A stretch of 64,000 nt of DNA from the NCBI GenBank assembly GCA_964454015.1, contig CAYVQF010000008.1, positions 99,258 to 163,257 of the forward strand, read 5' to 3'. The notes beneath the pieces are model-generated. The model had not been told where the DNA came from. It saw only the letters and a program-made list of their open reading frames with translations, and ran no database searches. Positions 37,693 to 47,885 of this stretch are shown here, one piece after another. The first letter of the stretch is position 1; the number at the start of each line of letters is the position of its first letter. The DNA comes from an uncultured Myxococcales bacterium. GTDB lineage: Bacteria > Myxococcota_A > Bradymonadia > UBA4248. Both the position numbers and the translations under genes were made by a program.

Positions 37693-38612
37693 GACGGCAG
37701 CTCCTCGTTCAACTGGGCCAGGCGTTCGATGTAAGGTTGGCGTTCGGCGTCGTTTTTGAAGCGCACGTAGTGGAGCTTGGGAGCGCGTTGCCGTAGGGCG
37801 TCGATGCCGCGGCAGGGATCGGTGCGCAACAGCAGCGCGACGGGGCGTCCTTGGGAAGGTTGGGCCGCTGCGGCGATCAAAGCCGCCGGATCGTGGCCGT
37901 CGAGCTCGTGGGCCAGGCCGCCAAAGGCCGTGATGCGCGCGGCGAGAGGCTCGATGTTCATGACCTGCTGCATCGCACCATCGCACTGCTGCCCGTTGCA
38001 GTCGACCACCATGGTCAGGTTGTCAATCTCGTGGAAGGCCATGGCGGCGATGGCTTCCCAGGTCTGACCCTCTTGGAACTCGCCGTCGGACATGAAGACC
38101 CACACCCGACCGCTGGCGCGGCGTATTTTGCGGGCGAGGGCGATCCCTGCGGCTTGGCTCAAGGCTTGGGCCAATGAGCCTGCGGTGACTTCGTGGCCAG
38201 GGGAGTGCTCCGCGCCGATGAGCTCGACCGTGCTGCCGTCGGTGTTGAAGAGGTCGAGGGCCTCAGGGCCCATGCGCCCGCATTCGATGAGGGTAGCGTA
38301 GAGGACGAGGGCATAGTGCACGGGTGAGAAGATGAAGCGATCCAAGTGGTCCTCACGCGGTCCGTTGTAGAGGGCGCCACTGAAGTAAGGTCGCCCAGGG
38401 CCGGGGACGTGGGCAAAGGGAAGAGGGAGGCTCGGCGCGAGGGATGGGCCGAGGCGCATCAGGCCGGAGTAGAGGGTCGCGAGGGCCTCACTGGTGGAGC
38501 AGGCTTGGCTGAGATAGCCGCCGTTATTGCTGAGGGTGTGGGCCAGAACCCGGCGACGGATGCGCTGGGCGGTGTTGGCGATGCGCGTGGGGGAGAGCTC
38601 AGGTGCAGACAT
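37689..38612 (-). CDS. Transketolase, N-terminal (thiamine-diphosphate-binding) subunit
   Basis: TPP-binding motif VFMSDGEFQEGQTWEAIAAMAFHEIDNLTMVVDCNGQQ (GDG...N). 307 aa, typical of the TktA-N small subunit. Confidence 0.8.
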   Translation of the reverse strand: MSAPELSPTRIANTAQRIRRRVLAHTLSNNGGYLSQACSTSEALATLYSGLMRLGPSLAPSLPLPFAHVPGPGRPYFSGALYNGPREDHLDRFIFSPVHYALVLYATLIECGRMGPEALDLFNTDGSTVELIGAEHSPGHEVTAGSLAQALSQAAGIALARKIRRASGRVWVFMSDGEFQEGQTWEAIAAMAFHEIDNLTMVVDCNGQQCDGAMQQVMNIEPLAARITAFGGLAHELDGHDPAALIAAAAQPSQGRPVALLLRTDPCRGIDALRQRAPKLHYVRFKNDAERQPYIERLAQLNEELPS

Positions 38613-38979
38613 GGGGCGACCTTGGGGACGTGGAGAGGCGATGCAGGTGGTGCGCTACGCGGCCACTGCGGAGGCCTATTGGCTAAACCGAAATGGGACG
38701 CTTGTCGAGTCTAGAGGCAGCGAGGTCATGGGGTGCTTGGGCTGGTCCGAAGCCTATCGGTGGCCCATAGGCACGCCATTGCTTGTTTACTTAGGGCCCA
38801 TCCCCTATGCTGCCGGGAGCTTTGCGCCAGGGTGAGGCGCGCAGAAGAGTTGGCGTTGGCCGAGGTGCAAGGGGACCGCGCCAGTAAAAATTTCGTGGTT
38901 ACAAGAGCAGAACCGGCGCCAGGCCGAGCTGGGCGGCGGGCAGCGCAACGATGGGCGCCAGCGGGCGCGAGGAGGAGAG

Positions 38980-40167
38980 ATGGCGGGTCCTTTGGAAGGT
39001 TTGGTGGTCTTGGACATGACCCGAGTGTTGGCGGGGCCGTTTTGCACGATGCTCTTGGCGGACATGGGCGCCGAGGTCATCAAGGTGGAGCGACCCAAGA
39101 CGGGAGACGACAGCCGCGCCTTTGGGCCCTTCGTGGGCGGCGAGAGCGCGTATTTCATGAGCATCAACAGAGGCAAGAAGTCCGTGACTCTGGATCTGAA
39201 GCATCCCGAGGGCAAGGCGCTGTTGCGCAGCTTGGTGCAGAAGGCGGATGTGCTGGTGGAGAACTTCAAGCCTGGGGTCTTGGCCAAGCTGGGCTTCTCC
39301 CATGAGGCGCTGCGTGCACTCAACCCACGACTGATCTATGCGGCGTCGTCGGGATTTGGCCACTCCGGTCCTTATAGCGAGCGGCCGGCTTATGACCTGA
39401 TCATTCAGGGTATGGGCGGCATGATGAGCATCACCGGACCCGACGCGACGCAGCCCACCAAGGTGGGGTCATCGATTGCCGACATCTTTGCGGGGGTCTT
39501 TTGTGCCATCGGCATTTTGGCAGCTTTGCATCGGCGTCAGGTCAGCGGCGAGGGGCAGATGGTCGATGTGGCCATGTTGGACTGTATGGTGGCGATCCTG
39601 GAGAACGCCATCTCGCGCTATGTGGCGGCCGGTGAGAGCCCTGTGCCGATAGGCAATAGGCATCCCTCCATTGCGCCTTTTGCGACGGTGAAGACTGCCG
39701 ATGGGCTCATCAATATCGCCTGTGGCAATGACGAATTGTGGCGCCGTTTTTGTGCCGTGGCGGGCTTGGAGGCGCTCGTGGCGGATGCCCGTTTCGCAAC
39801 GAACCCGGCGCGGGTCGAGCATTGGGAGGCGCTAGAGCCTTTGATCAACGCGGCGACCGTGAGCAGGACATCCCAAGCGTGGTTGACGGCGTTGCAGGGG
39901 GCGGGGGTGCCCAGCGGTCCGCTGAACGATGTGCAGGCGGTCATGGTCGATCCGCAGGTTTTGGCGCGCAAGATGTTGGTGGAGGTGATTCATCCCGTGG
40001 CTGGCAAGATGCTGGTCCCTGGCGTGCCGATCAAGTTCTCCGAGATGGACGACGGGGTGTTGCGTCCGGCACCGCTGCTGGGGCAGGACAACGCTGCGAT
40101 CTATGGCGGGCTCCTGGGTTTGAGCGATGAGGCGCTGGCGGCGTTGCAGGCTCAGGGTGTGATGTAG
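38980..40167 (+). CDS. Family III CoA-transferase (CaiB/BaiF family)
   Basis: N-terminal LEGLVVLDMTRVLAGPFCTMLLADMGAEVIKVE is typical of class III CoA transferases. The catalytic Asp region is present. 395 aa. Confidence 0.8.
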   Translation: MAGPLEGLVVLDMTRVLAGPFCTMLLADMGAEVIKVERPKTGDDSRAFGPFVGGESAYFMSINRGKKSVTLDLKHPEGKALLRSLVQKADVLVENFKPGVLAKLGFSHEALRALNPRLIYAASSGFGHSGPYSERPAYDLIIQGMGGMMSITGPDATQPTKVGSSIADIFAGVFCAIGILAALHRRQVSGEGQMVDVAMLDCMVAILENAISRYVAAGESPVPIGNRHPSIAPFATVKTADGLINIACGNDELWRRFCAVAGLEALVADARFATNPARVEHWEALEPLINAATVSRTSQAWLTALQGAGVPSGPLNDVQAVMVDPQVLARKMLVEVIHPVAGKMLVPGVPIKFSEMDDGVLRPAPLLGQDNAAIYGGLLGLSDEALAALQAQGVM

Positions 40168-40216
40168 GCGTGCCCCCCTCGGGGTAGAGAATGACGGGTC
40201 TTTTGGGAGAAGGCGG

Positions 40217-41749
40217 GTGACGGCCATGTCCAGCAAGGAGTTCGAGTCGGCGCTGGAGGCGCTGGCGCGCGGTGGCGGAGAGGCGGCGCAAGCCAAGCAA
40301 ACCAAGGCGGGCAAGTCCCTGGTACGGGCGCGCATCGAGGCGCTGGCTGATCCGGGGAGCTTCTGCGAGATGGATCGTTTCGTGACGTCACGGGCCGTCG
40401 ACTTTGGCATGGACCAGAAGCGCTTCTACGGTGACGGCGTGGTGACCGGGGCGTGCACCATCGATGGGCAACGGGTGATGCTCGCGGCGGAGGATTTCAC
40501 CGTTCTCGGCGGATCCTTGGGTGAGATGCATGCGGCCAAGATCGCGCGCGCGGCGGAGCTGGCCGCCGAGACGGGGGTGCCCTTCATTCAACTCAACGAC
40601 TCAGGAGGGGCGCGCATCCAAGAAGGCGTGGCGGCGCTGGATGGTTATGGGCGCATTTTTCGCGCCAACGTGCGGGCCTCGGGGGTGGTGCCCCAGTTGT
40701 CGCTGATTCTCGGACCGTGTGCCGGCGGCGCCGCCTACTCGCCGGGCTTGACGGACTTTGTTTTCATGGTCGAGGGGATGAGCCGGATGTTCATCACCGG
40801 GCCTGATGTGATCAGCGCCGTGACCGGTGAGGTGGTGGACTTCGAGGGTCTTGGCGGGGCGGCGGTGCACTGCGCGCGCAGTGGCAATGCCCATTTTTCA
40901 GCACCGAGCGAGGCGGCCCTCTTTGCTCAGGTGCGGCGCTTGTTGCGGTTTTTGCCGGCGAACAATTTGGCTGAACCACCGCAGGCAGCGGCGGCACCAC
41001 CGGCGGTGGATGAGGTCGCTGTACCTGAGGATCTGCGCCAGTCTTACGACGTTCGTGCGGTGCTGCGGGGGGTGCTGGACGCAGGCGAACTCATGGAGGT
41101 GCAAGCGGACTTTGCGCCGAACGCAGTGGTTGGTTTTGCGCGCATCGGTGGTCGGGGGATCGGCGTGGTGGCCAACCAGCCGGCCCATTTGGCAGGGGTT
41201 CTGGACATCGACGCAGCGGACAAGATCGCCCGTTTCGTTCGTTTCTGTGATGCCTTCAACTTCCCTGTGGTCAATTTCGTGGACGTTCCGGGTTTCCTAC
41301 CCGGTGTGGACCAGGAGCATGCGGGGATCATTCGCCATGGGGCCAAGTTGCTCTATGCCTATGCCGAGGCGTCGGTGCCAAAGATCGCCGTGGTTTTGCG
41401 CAAGGCCTATGGGGGGGCCTATATAGGTCTGTGCAGTCGCTCCTTGGGCTACGATCGCATTTTGGCGTTGCCGACAGCGCGGATCGCCGTGATGGGTCCG
41501 GAAGGTGCGGTGAACATCTTGTATAGGCGCGAGATTGCTGAAGCTGCGGATGGGGCGGCGGCGCGTCGGGCGCATGTGGCGTCCTTCGAAGAAGGTTTTG
41601 CGACACCCTTTGCGGCAGCGGCGCTGGGTTTGGTTGACAACGTGGTGGCCCCGGAGTGCTTGCGGTGTGAGCTGGAGGGCGCGTTGGCGATGACGGCAGG
41701 TAAGCGTTTATCTGCAGCACCGCGGCGCCACGGCAACATTCCGCTCTAG
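40217..41749 (+). CDS. Acyl-CoA carboxyltransferase subunit (methylmalonyl-CoA decarboxylase alpha / propionyl-CoA carboxylase beta family)
   Basis: Carboxyltransferase N- and C-halves are present: GKSLVRARIEALADPGSF, QLNDSGGARIQEG, ILGPCAGGAAYSP, FARIGGRGIGVVANQP. 510 aa. Confidence 0.85.
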   Translation: MTAMSSKEFESALEALARGGGEAAQAKQTKAGKSLVRARIEALADPGSFCEMDRFVTSRAVDFGMDQKRFYGDGVVTGACTIDGQRVMLAAEDFTVLGGSLGEMHAAKIARAAELAAETGVPFIQLNDSGGARIQEGVAALDGYGRIFRANVRASGVVPQLSLILGPCAGGAAYSPGLTDFVFMVEGMSRMFITGPDVISAVTGEVVDFEGLGGAAVHCARSGNAHFSAPSEAALFAQVRRLLRFLPANNLAEPPQAAAAPPAVDEVAVPEDLRQSYDVRAVLRGVLDAGELMEVQADFAPNAVVGFARIGGRGIGVVANQPAHLAGVLDIDAADKIARFVRFCDAFNFPVVNFVDVPGFLPGVDQEHAGIIRHGAKLLYAYAEASVPKIAVVLRKAYGGAYIGLCSRSLGYDRILALPTARIAVMGPEGAVNILYRREIAEAADGAAARRAHVASFEEGFATPFAAAALGLVDNVVAPECLRCELEGALAMTAGKRLSAAPRRHGNIPL

Positions 41750-41782
41750 GCTGGGCAGGGCTTGGGCGAGAGAGGGAGTGCC

Positions 41783-42070
41783 ATGTCAGATGGTTTGGTA
41801 TTGGCGGTCGCCGGTGTCATTGCGGTCTTTGTGGTGATGCTGGTGTTGATGGGGGTGGTGGCGTTGCTGCGGTGGCTTGGCCAGGCACGGGCGGAGGTGG
41901 CGTCGTCAGCGGCGGCGTCCTTGCCAGCGCCGGCGGACCGTGACGAAGTGGGTGGCGCAGAGGTGGCGTTGCTGGCGGTGGCCCTCTATTGCAGTGGACC
42001 AGGTTCGCTGGTGGTGTTGCCTGAGGTGTCGCGGCGTGAGCTGTCGCTATGGCGCCGGGGAGGCAAATGA
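41783..42070 (+). CDS. Small membrane subunit, OadG-like (decarboxylase gamma chain)
   Basis: MSDGLVLAVAGVIAVFVVMLVLMGVVALL is a single N-terminal TM helix. The position between the carboxyltransferase and the biotin carrier matches oad/mmd operons. Its stop overlaps the next start. Confidence 0.55.
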   Translation: MSDGLVLAVAGVIAVFVVMLVLMGVVALLRWLGQARAEVASSAAASLPAPADRDEVGGAEVALLAVALYCSGPGSLVVLPEVSRRELSLWRRGGK

Positions 42071-42071
42071 G

Positions 42072-42506
42072 ATGAGTGAGTTGATGCGGTTACGTGTGGG
42101 AGGGCGCGACTACGACGTGGAGGTACGTCCGCAGGGTGGTGGGCGCTTCGAGGTGGTGGTGGAGGGGACGCTACACGTGGTGGAGTGGGACGGTGGCGGA
42201 GGCGGTGGCGGAGGTGGTGGGAGCGCCCCACCCCGCCGGGACGAACGCCCACCGCCCGCCAGCCGCCGTGGCCCAGCCACGGCGGCTGGCGGGCACGTCT
42301 TGGCCCCCATGCCGGGTCAGGTCGTGGCCATCCATGTCGCGCCGGGCCAAGACGTGGGCGCCAACACGGCGCTCGTGACCCTGGAATCCATGAAAATGGA
42401 GAGCGCCGTGGTGGCGCCCGTGGGCGGTCGGGTCATACGGGTGGCCGTCGCCCACCAACAGAAAGTCAGCACCGGCGATCTCCTCGTCGAAATCGAATCC
42501 CCATAA
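42072..42506 (+). CDS. Biotin carboxyl carrier protein of the decarboxylase (biotinyl domain)
   Basis: C-terminal biotinyl domain with an ESMKME-type motif (LESMKMESAV). The N-terminal part is separated by a Gly10/Pro-rich linker. Confidence 0.8.
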   Translation: MSELMRLRVGGRDYDVEVRPQGGGRFEVVVEGTLHVVEWDGGGGGGGGGGSAPPRRDERPPPASRRGPATAAGGHVLAPMPGQVVAIHVAPGQDVGANTALVTLESMKMESAVVAPVGGRVIRVAVAHQQKVSTGDLLVEIESP

Positions 42507-42541
42507 AATAACAGCGCTTCAAACAATAAGGACCCCTCTGC

Positions 42542-43669
42542 ATGGCCAGCATCGATTTCGAAAGCATCACCCAAGCCCTCATGCATGGAAGTGGCATCGG
42601 ACAACTCGCCTGGGGCAACGTCCTGATGCTCATCATCGCCGGGATTTTGCTCTTCCTCGCCATTCGACACCGCTTCGAGCCCCTGCTCTTAGTCCCCATC
42701 GGCTTCGGCGCCATCCTCTGCAACCTCCCCGGGACCGGACTGACCGAGCCCGGTGGACTCCTCGACGTCTTCTACTGGGGCGTCAAATCCGGCGTCTTTC
42801 CGCCCCTCATCTTCCTCGGCGTCGGCGCCTTGACCGACTTTGGACCCCTCCTCGCCAATCCCAAGCTCATTCTCCTCGGCGCGGCGGCCCAGGTCGGCAT
42901 TTTCGGCACCCTCCTCGGTGCCATCGCCCTCGGCTTCGATCTGCACGAGGCGGCCGCCATCGGCATCATCGGCGGCGCCGACGGCCCAACCTCCATCTAT
43001 GTCGCCAGTGCCCTGGCGCCACACCTGCTCGGCGCCGTCGCCGTCGCGGCCTACTCCTACATGGCCCTGGTGCCCCTCATCCAACCGCCCATCATGCGCG
43101 TCTTGACCTCCGCCAAAGAACGGCGCGTGCGCATGCCCAAGGGGCGCGAGGTCTCCCAGCGCGAGAAAATTCTCTTCCCCACCACGGTGACCATCCTCTG
43201 CGCCTTGCTCCTGCCCTCGGCGGCGCCCCTGGTCGGTATGCTCATGCTGGGCAACCTCCTGCGCGAAGCCAAGGTCGTCGACCGCCTGCACGACGCCGCC
43301 CAAGGCGCCTTACTCAATATCGTCACCCTCTTGCTCGGACTCGCCGTGGGGTCGCAAATGGGGGCCCAACAGTTTCTGGCCGTCGATACCCTGCTCATCC
43401 TCGGGCTCGGGGCGGTGGCCTTCTCCATGGGGACCGCGAGCGGGGTGATCTTTGGCAAGATCATGTGTCGCCTCTCGGGCTGGAAGGTCAACCCATTGTT
43501 GGGGGCGGCTGGCGTCTCGGCCGTACCCATGGCCGCGCGGGTGGTGCACCGCGTCGGACAGGAGGAAGATCCGCAGAACTTCCTCCTCATGCACGCCATG
43601 GGTCCCAACGTGGCCGGCGTGATCGGCTCGGCCGTGGCCGCCGGGGTCCTCATGGCGGTCTTTGGCTAA
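42542..43669 (+). CDS. Na+-translocating decarboxylase beta subunit (OadB/MmdB/GcdB family)
   Basis: A polytopic membrane protein with the conserved beta-subunit regions [17 protein letters not shown] and [12 protein letters not shown]. 375 aa. Confidence 0.85.
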   Translation: MASIDFESITQALMHGSGIGQLAWGNVLMLIIAGILLFLAIRHRFEPLLLVPIGFGAILCNLPGTGLTEPGGLLDVFYWGVKSGVFPPLIFLGVGALTDFGPLLANPKLILLGAAAQVGIFGTLLGAIALGFDLHEAAAIGIIGGADGPTSIYVASALAPHLLGAVAVAAYSYMALVPLIQPPIMRVLTSAKERRVRMPKGREVSQREKILFPTTVTILCALLLPSAAPLVGMLMLGNLLREAKVVDRLHDAAQGALLNIVTLLLGLAVGSQMGAQQFLAVDTLLILGLGAVAFSMGTASGVIFGKIMCRLSGWKVNPLLGAAGVSAVPMAARVVHRVGQEEDPQNFLLMHAMGPNVAGVIGSAVAAGVLMAVFG

Positions 43670-43739
43670 AGACAGCCCGCGGCCGGCGCGGCCGCCCTCA
43701 CCCTAGCGGGCCCGCGGCCTGCGATCTCCGAAGGCGCGC

Positions 43740-44228
43740 TCAATGCTTGACGGGGCCCGCCTTGGGCACCTGCGGACCGGAGGTGGCCAGCGGCTCGAGG
43801 AGGGCGTAGATGGTGGCAGGGATCTTCATCCCTTTGTCACTGAAGAACAGGGCGTTGCGATCCTTCTCCAATTCGGGAAAGAAGAGAATCGCTTCGCCGT
43901 GCGCGTTGTACCCGAGCTGCACCAGTTGGCGCTGCGGGACCACCTCTTGCTGATTGGGATGAAAGTGTTCCCGGAGAAAGTACCAGCCCTCTGCTTTGAG
44001 CGCCTCGAGGGAGCTCATGAACGCCGCGTCTTCGACGAGGAAGCCACGCTCATGGAAGGACCAACGATTGTGGCGGTTGTGCTGCGGCAGGAGCAAAATG
44101 GGCGGCCCTTGGTCCGAATGGTTGTGAAACATGACCAGCCGGCCGGCGGGCACCGCCTCGGGCTCCGTTGGCAAAGGGCGCGTGGTCCGGTAGAGGCCAC
44201 ATGGGGGAGTGATGGTGGTCGCAGACAT
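43740..44228 (-). CDS. Hypothetical protein
   Basis: Internal ATG MSATTITPP of ORF 43740-44285. 162 aa. No recognised domain. Convergent with mmdB. Confidence 0.45.
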   Translation of the reverse strand: MSATTITPPCGLYRTTRPLPTEPEAVPAGRLVMFHNHSDQGPPILLLPQHNRHNRWSFHERGFLVEDAAFMSSLEALKAEGWYFLREHFHPNQQEVVPQRQLVQLGYNAHGEAILFFPELEKDRNALFFSDKGMKIPATIYALLEPLATSGPQVPKAGPVKH

Positions 44229-44378
44229 GCCTTCCTCTCTGCGGACTGGCTGACGCAGCCGCGGTCTTGGATGCCAACACGGCACCCAATGCTCCTGATG
44301 TGGGTATCATCCCGCAAAATGAAAGTCCAACCCTGACCGCTACTGGCGCCGTCGACTGCGGCGCTATGGGAGCCCGCT

Positions 44379-45815
44379 TTGCCACGAGACGATCTTGACC
44401 ACGCTTTTGTCGCCTACCTGGAACAACAATTTGGGGAGGAGCTCGCGGCCTTCCTCGAGCACCCGCCGGTGCTGCCTTTCATCCGCGTCAACACCCTGCG
44501 AGCCTCAGTGCCCCAGGTGCTGGCGACCCTAGAGACCTACGGCTACCGACCTCGCGTTCACCCGGGCCTACCGCTGGCCATCGCCGTCGACCCCAGCCAG
44601 CCCGATCCCACCTGCTGCCTGCACCATTTTGCTGGGCACTTCATCAAGCAATCCTTGGCCTCCATGCTGCCCGTCACCCTGCTCGATCCCCAGCCGGGAG
44701 AGCGGGTGCTGGATCTCTGTGCCTCGCCGGGCTCAAAAACCACCCAGATCGCGGCGGCCATGGCGGGGCAAGGCGAAGTCTGGGCCAATGACCTGGCGGG
44801 GACGCGGATGAACGCGCTGGCTTCACGCATCGATGGCTGTGGCGTACCCCAGGTCATCCTGACCAATCAGCCCGGTGAGCGCTTGCCAGGCTTTATTCGG
44901 GGAGGCTTCGACCGGATCTTGGCTGATGTGCCCTGCTCTGGCCTCGGGCGCAACGATCTTCTCGGTGAGATCGGCCATCGCTTCCAACGCCGGCGCTCTG
45001 CTGCGGCCATGCCCGGTTTGCAGTACCGGCTGTTGTTGGCGGCCTGCCGCCTGCTCAAAGTCGGTGGGCAGCTCGTCTACAGCACCTGCTCTCTCACTGT
45101 GGACGAGAATGAGGCCGTGGTCGACCAGGTCTTGCAGCGGCTGCCCATGCGGGTCGTCTCCGTGGCGCCGCCGCCGGGTCTCATCGTAGAGCCCGGTCGC
45201 AGCGCCTGGAACGGGGTGACTTATCACCCGGACATGGTCCATGCCTGGCGGCTTCGCCCCTGGGAGAACCCTACTGAGGGCTTTTTTGCCGTGCGCTTGG
45301 AGAAAACCGACGCCTTGGGGCCGCGCTGGCCCGACGAGACGCCTGAGATGGAGGAGACACCAACCCTCTCGTGGCAAGACCCAGCGATGGAAGAAGTCCT
45401 GGCGGCCATCGCCGAGGACTACGGCGTGCCACCTGAGCGCTTCTCAGGACAACGCTTCGTTTACAAACGCAAAGGGATCTCCATCGTACCCGGCGCCTGG
45501 GAGACCTTGTGGTCGGGACTGCATCGGGCCGGTTTGCCCTTCGCGCGCCGACGCGGCGCCATGTGGCGCCTGAGCCACGCCATGATCCAGCACTTGGCAA
45601 CCCTCGGCGAACTGCGCCACAACGTGGTGACCTTGACCCACGCGCAGATGCACCTCTTGGCCGCTGAGGGGCGTTGCGCCATGCCTCCAGGCTGGGAGGC
45701 ACCGAGCCCCTACCCGGTGGTGGCCTATGGCGACCTAGGGCCGCTGGCGTCCACCTACTGGGAAGAGGGGGCGCTGCGATGGAAGAGGGCCCGCTCCTAT
45801 CTCGTGCTGCCGTGA
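44379..45815 (+). CDS. 16S rRNA m5C methyltransferase, RsmB/RsmF (NOL1/NOP2/Sun) family
   Basis: SAM-binding motif VLDLCASPGSKTT and catalytic DVPCSGLG. There is no NusB-like N-domain, so it is probably RsmF-like. A C-terminal extension follows. Confidence 0.8.
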   Translation: MPRDDLDHAFVAYLEQQFGEELAAFLEHPPVLPFIRVNTLRASVPQVLATLETYGYRPRVHPGLPLAIAVDPSQPDPTCCLHHFAGHFIKQSLASMLPVTLLDPQPGERVLDLCASPGSKTTQIAAAMAGQGEVWANDLAGTRMNALASRIDGCGVPQVILTNQPGERLPGFIRGGFDRILADVPCSGLGRNDLLGEIGHRFQRRRSAAAMPGLQYRLLLAACRLLKVGGQLVYSTCSLTVDENEAVVDQVLQRLPMRVVSVAPPPGLIVEPGRSAWNGVTYHPDMVHAWRLRPWENPTEGFFAVRLEKTDALGPRWPDETPEMEETPTLSWQDPAMEEVLAAIAEDYGVPPERFSGQRFVYKRKGISIVPGAWETLWSGLHRAGLPFARRRGAMWRLSHAMIQHLATLGELRHNVVTLTHAQMHLLAAEGRCAMPPGWEAPSPYPVVAYGDLGPLASTYWEEGALRWKRARSYLVLP

Positions 45816-45837
45816 GACCGCGTCACGGCACCAACGC

Positions 45838-46596
45838 TCAGGGCTGAGCGGCGCGGATGATCTCCAAAAAGCCTTCGGCTTTGAGGCTCGCGCCACCGAC
45901 CAAGGCACCGTCGATGTCGGGTTGGGAGAGCAACTCGCGAGCGTTGGCGGGCGTCACTGAGCCGCCATACTGGATGCGGATGGCCTGCGCGATCGCCGCG
46001 CCAAAGCGCTCCACCAGCTTGCCCCGCAAGGCCTGATGGACCTCCTGGGCTTGTTCTGGGCTCGCCGTGCGTCCCGTACCAATGGCCCACACCGGCTCGT
46101 AGGCGACGACCACTTGCGCGGCGTCTTCGTTCTGCACGGCTTCGAGACCGCCCAGGAGTTGGCGGAAGACCACCTCCAAGGTTTTGCCCGCTTCGCGTTC
46201 TTCCAGTGTCTCGCCGACGCACATGATGGGCACCAGGCCCTGGTCGAGGGTGGCGCGCACTTTCTTGGCCACGGTCGCGTCGGTCTCACCGAAGTAGGCG
46301 CGGCGCTCCGAGTGCCCGATGATGATGTGGGAGCAGCCCACGTCCTTGAGCATGGCCACGGAGACCTCGCCCGTGTAGGCGCCTTGGGCTTCCCAATAGA
46401 CGTTCTGGGCCGCGACCTTGACGTTCGAGTCATCCACGCGGCGCACCACGTGGGCCAAACACGCCATGGCGGGCGCGATGGCGATCTCCACGTTGCGGAT
46501 CGAGGCCACCAGCCGCCGGACGTCGCCCGCCAACTGCTCCGCCTCTTTCGGCGTCTTGTTCATCTTCCAGTTGCCCGCAATGAAGGGTACTCGCAT
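45838..46596 (-). CDS. tpiA: Triosephosphate isomerase
   Basis: Motifs FIAGNWKMN, IIGHSERR, AYEPVWAIGTG, QYGGSV. Start MRVPF. Confidence 0.9.
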   Translation of the reverse strand: MRVPFIAGNWKMNKTPKEAEQLAGDVRRLVASIRNVEIAIAPAMACLAHVVRRVDDSNVKVAAQNVYWEAQGAYTGEVSVAMLKDVGCSHIIIGHSERRAYFGETDATVAKKVRATLDQGLVPIMCVGETLEEREAGKTLEVVFRQLLGGLEAVQNEDAAQVVVAYEPVWAIGTGRTASPEQAQEVHQALRGKLVERFGAAIAQAIRIQYGGSVTPANARELLSQPDIDGALVGGASLKAEGFLEIIRAAQP

Positions 46597-46611
46597 GGGC
46601 TCATTCATCCT

Positions 46612-47808
46612 TTAGGTGTTGCGTAGAATCTCAATGCCTGGCAGCGGTTTGCCCTCGACGAGCTCGAGGCTGGCTCCGCCGCCCGTGGAGACGTGGGTGA
46701 CCTGCTCGTCGAGACCAAAGCTGCGGATGGCTGCCGCGCTGTCGCCGCCGCCGACGACGGTGACCGCCTTGGATTTGGCCATCGCCTCGGCCACAGCCAA
46801 GGTGCCTGCCGCATAGCGCGGGTTCTCGAAGACGCCCAGAGGGCCGTTCCAGAACACGGCACCCGCCGTGCCGATGACTTCGGCGAATTGGGCGATGGTC
46901 GCCGGTCCGATGTCGAATCCGGCCATCCCATCAGGGAAGACCGTGACCGTCTGGGCCGCTTCCGTGGCATCGAGGGATGTGTTGACCACGTGGTCCGTAG
47001 GGAGCAGCAACTCGCAGGACGCAGACGCGGCTTTGTCCATGAGGTAGGAAGCCAAGCCCATGGCGTCGGCTTCGACACGGCTCGCGGCGACGTTCTCACC
47101 CCGCGCTGCCAAGAAGGTGTACGCCATGGCGCCGCCAATGCAGATGCGGTCGCAGCGCGTCAGGAGCGACTCGATGACGGTGATTTTGTCGCTGACCTTG
47201 GCGCCACCGAGGATGGCCACGAAGGGTCTTTGGGGTTCGTAGACCACGCCGCCCAAGAAGGCGATCTCTTTCATCAGCAGGAAGCCAGCGCCCTTCTTGG
47301 CCCCGAAATGCGTCACCATGCCCGCCATGGAGGCGTGGGCGCGGTGAGATGTCCCAAAGGCATCATTGATATAGACATCGGCGTTCTCGGCGAGGGCCTT
47401 GGCGAAGTCCTCTTCACCCTTCTTCTCGCCGGCGTGAAAACGCAGATTCTCCAAGAGCAGGATCTGTCCAGGCTCCAGACGTTTGCTCTGGGCCACGATG
47501 CCATCGCCGACACAGTCGTCAGCGAAAATGACCTCGCGCTCTGGCAGCAACTCGTTGAGGCGCTCGGCCACGACGCGCATGGAGTACTCAGGCTGGACTT
47601 TGTCTTTGGGGCGTCCCAAGTGGCTGGCAACCACCGGCAGACCACCATTGCGGATGATGTGCTGAATCGTCGGTAAGGCCTGACGTATGCGAAAGTCATC
47701 GGTGATGCGCTGGCCATCGAGGGGGACGTTGAAGTCCACCCGCACAAAGACTCGCTGACCATCAACGTCCAGATCGGCGATACTCTTGATCCCGTCTAGG
47801 TATGCCAT
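46612..47808 (-). CDS. pgk: Phosphoglycerate kinase
   Basis: Motifs [49 protein letters not shown]. Start MAYLDG. Confidence 0.9.
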   Translation of the reverse strand: MAYLDGIKSIADLDVDGQRVFVRVDFNVPLDGQRITDDFRIRQALPTIQHIIRNGGLPVVASHLGRPKDKVQPEYSMRVVAERLNELLPEREVIFADDCVGDGIVAQSKRLEPGQILLLENLRFHAGEKKGEEDFAKALAENADVYINDAFGTSHRAHASMAGMVTHFGAKKGAGFLLMKEIAFLGGVVYEPQRPFVAILGGAKVSDKITVIESLLTRCDRICIGGAMAYTFLAARGENVAASRVEADAMGLASYLMDKAASASCELLLPTDHVVNTSLDATEAAQTVTVFPDGMAGFDIGPATIAQFAEVIGTAGAVFWNGPLGVFENPRYAAGTLAVAEAMAKSKAVTVVGGGDSAAAIRSFGLDEQVTHVSTGGGASLELVEGKPLPGIEILRNT

Positions 47809-47885
47809 GGGGCAACTCCCTCTGAATAGGATTTTTAAGCGCGCGCCCTTGTCAACGCGCGCCTGGGGTCCGCGACGTGCGGGCG

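Noticed and set aside
38613-38979. ORFs 38733-39305(+), 38805-39323(-) and 38899-39363(-) in the divergent intergenic region
   Set aside because: They overlap the start of the CoA-transferase gene or lie in the promoter region and are Arg/Ala-rich with no homology. The region is more likely a divergent promoter.
43670-43739. Two copies of a palindromic gccgcggc element in the convergent intergenic region after mmdB
   Set aside because: It is a possible bidirectional terminator. However, the stems are short, have no T-run, and SacII-like palindromes are frequent in high-GC DNA.
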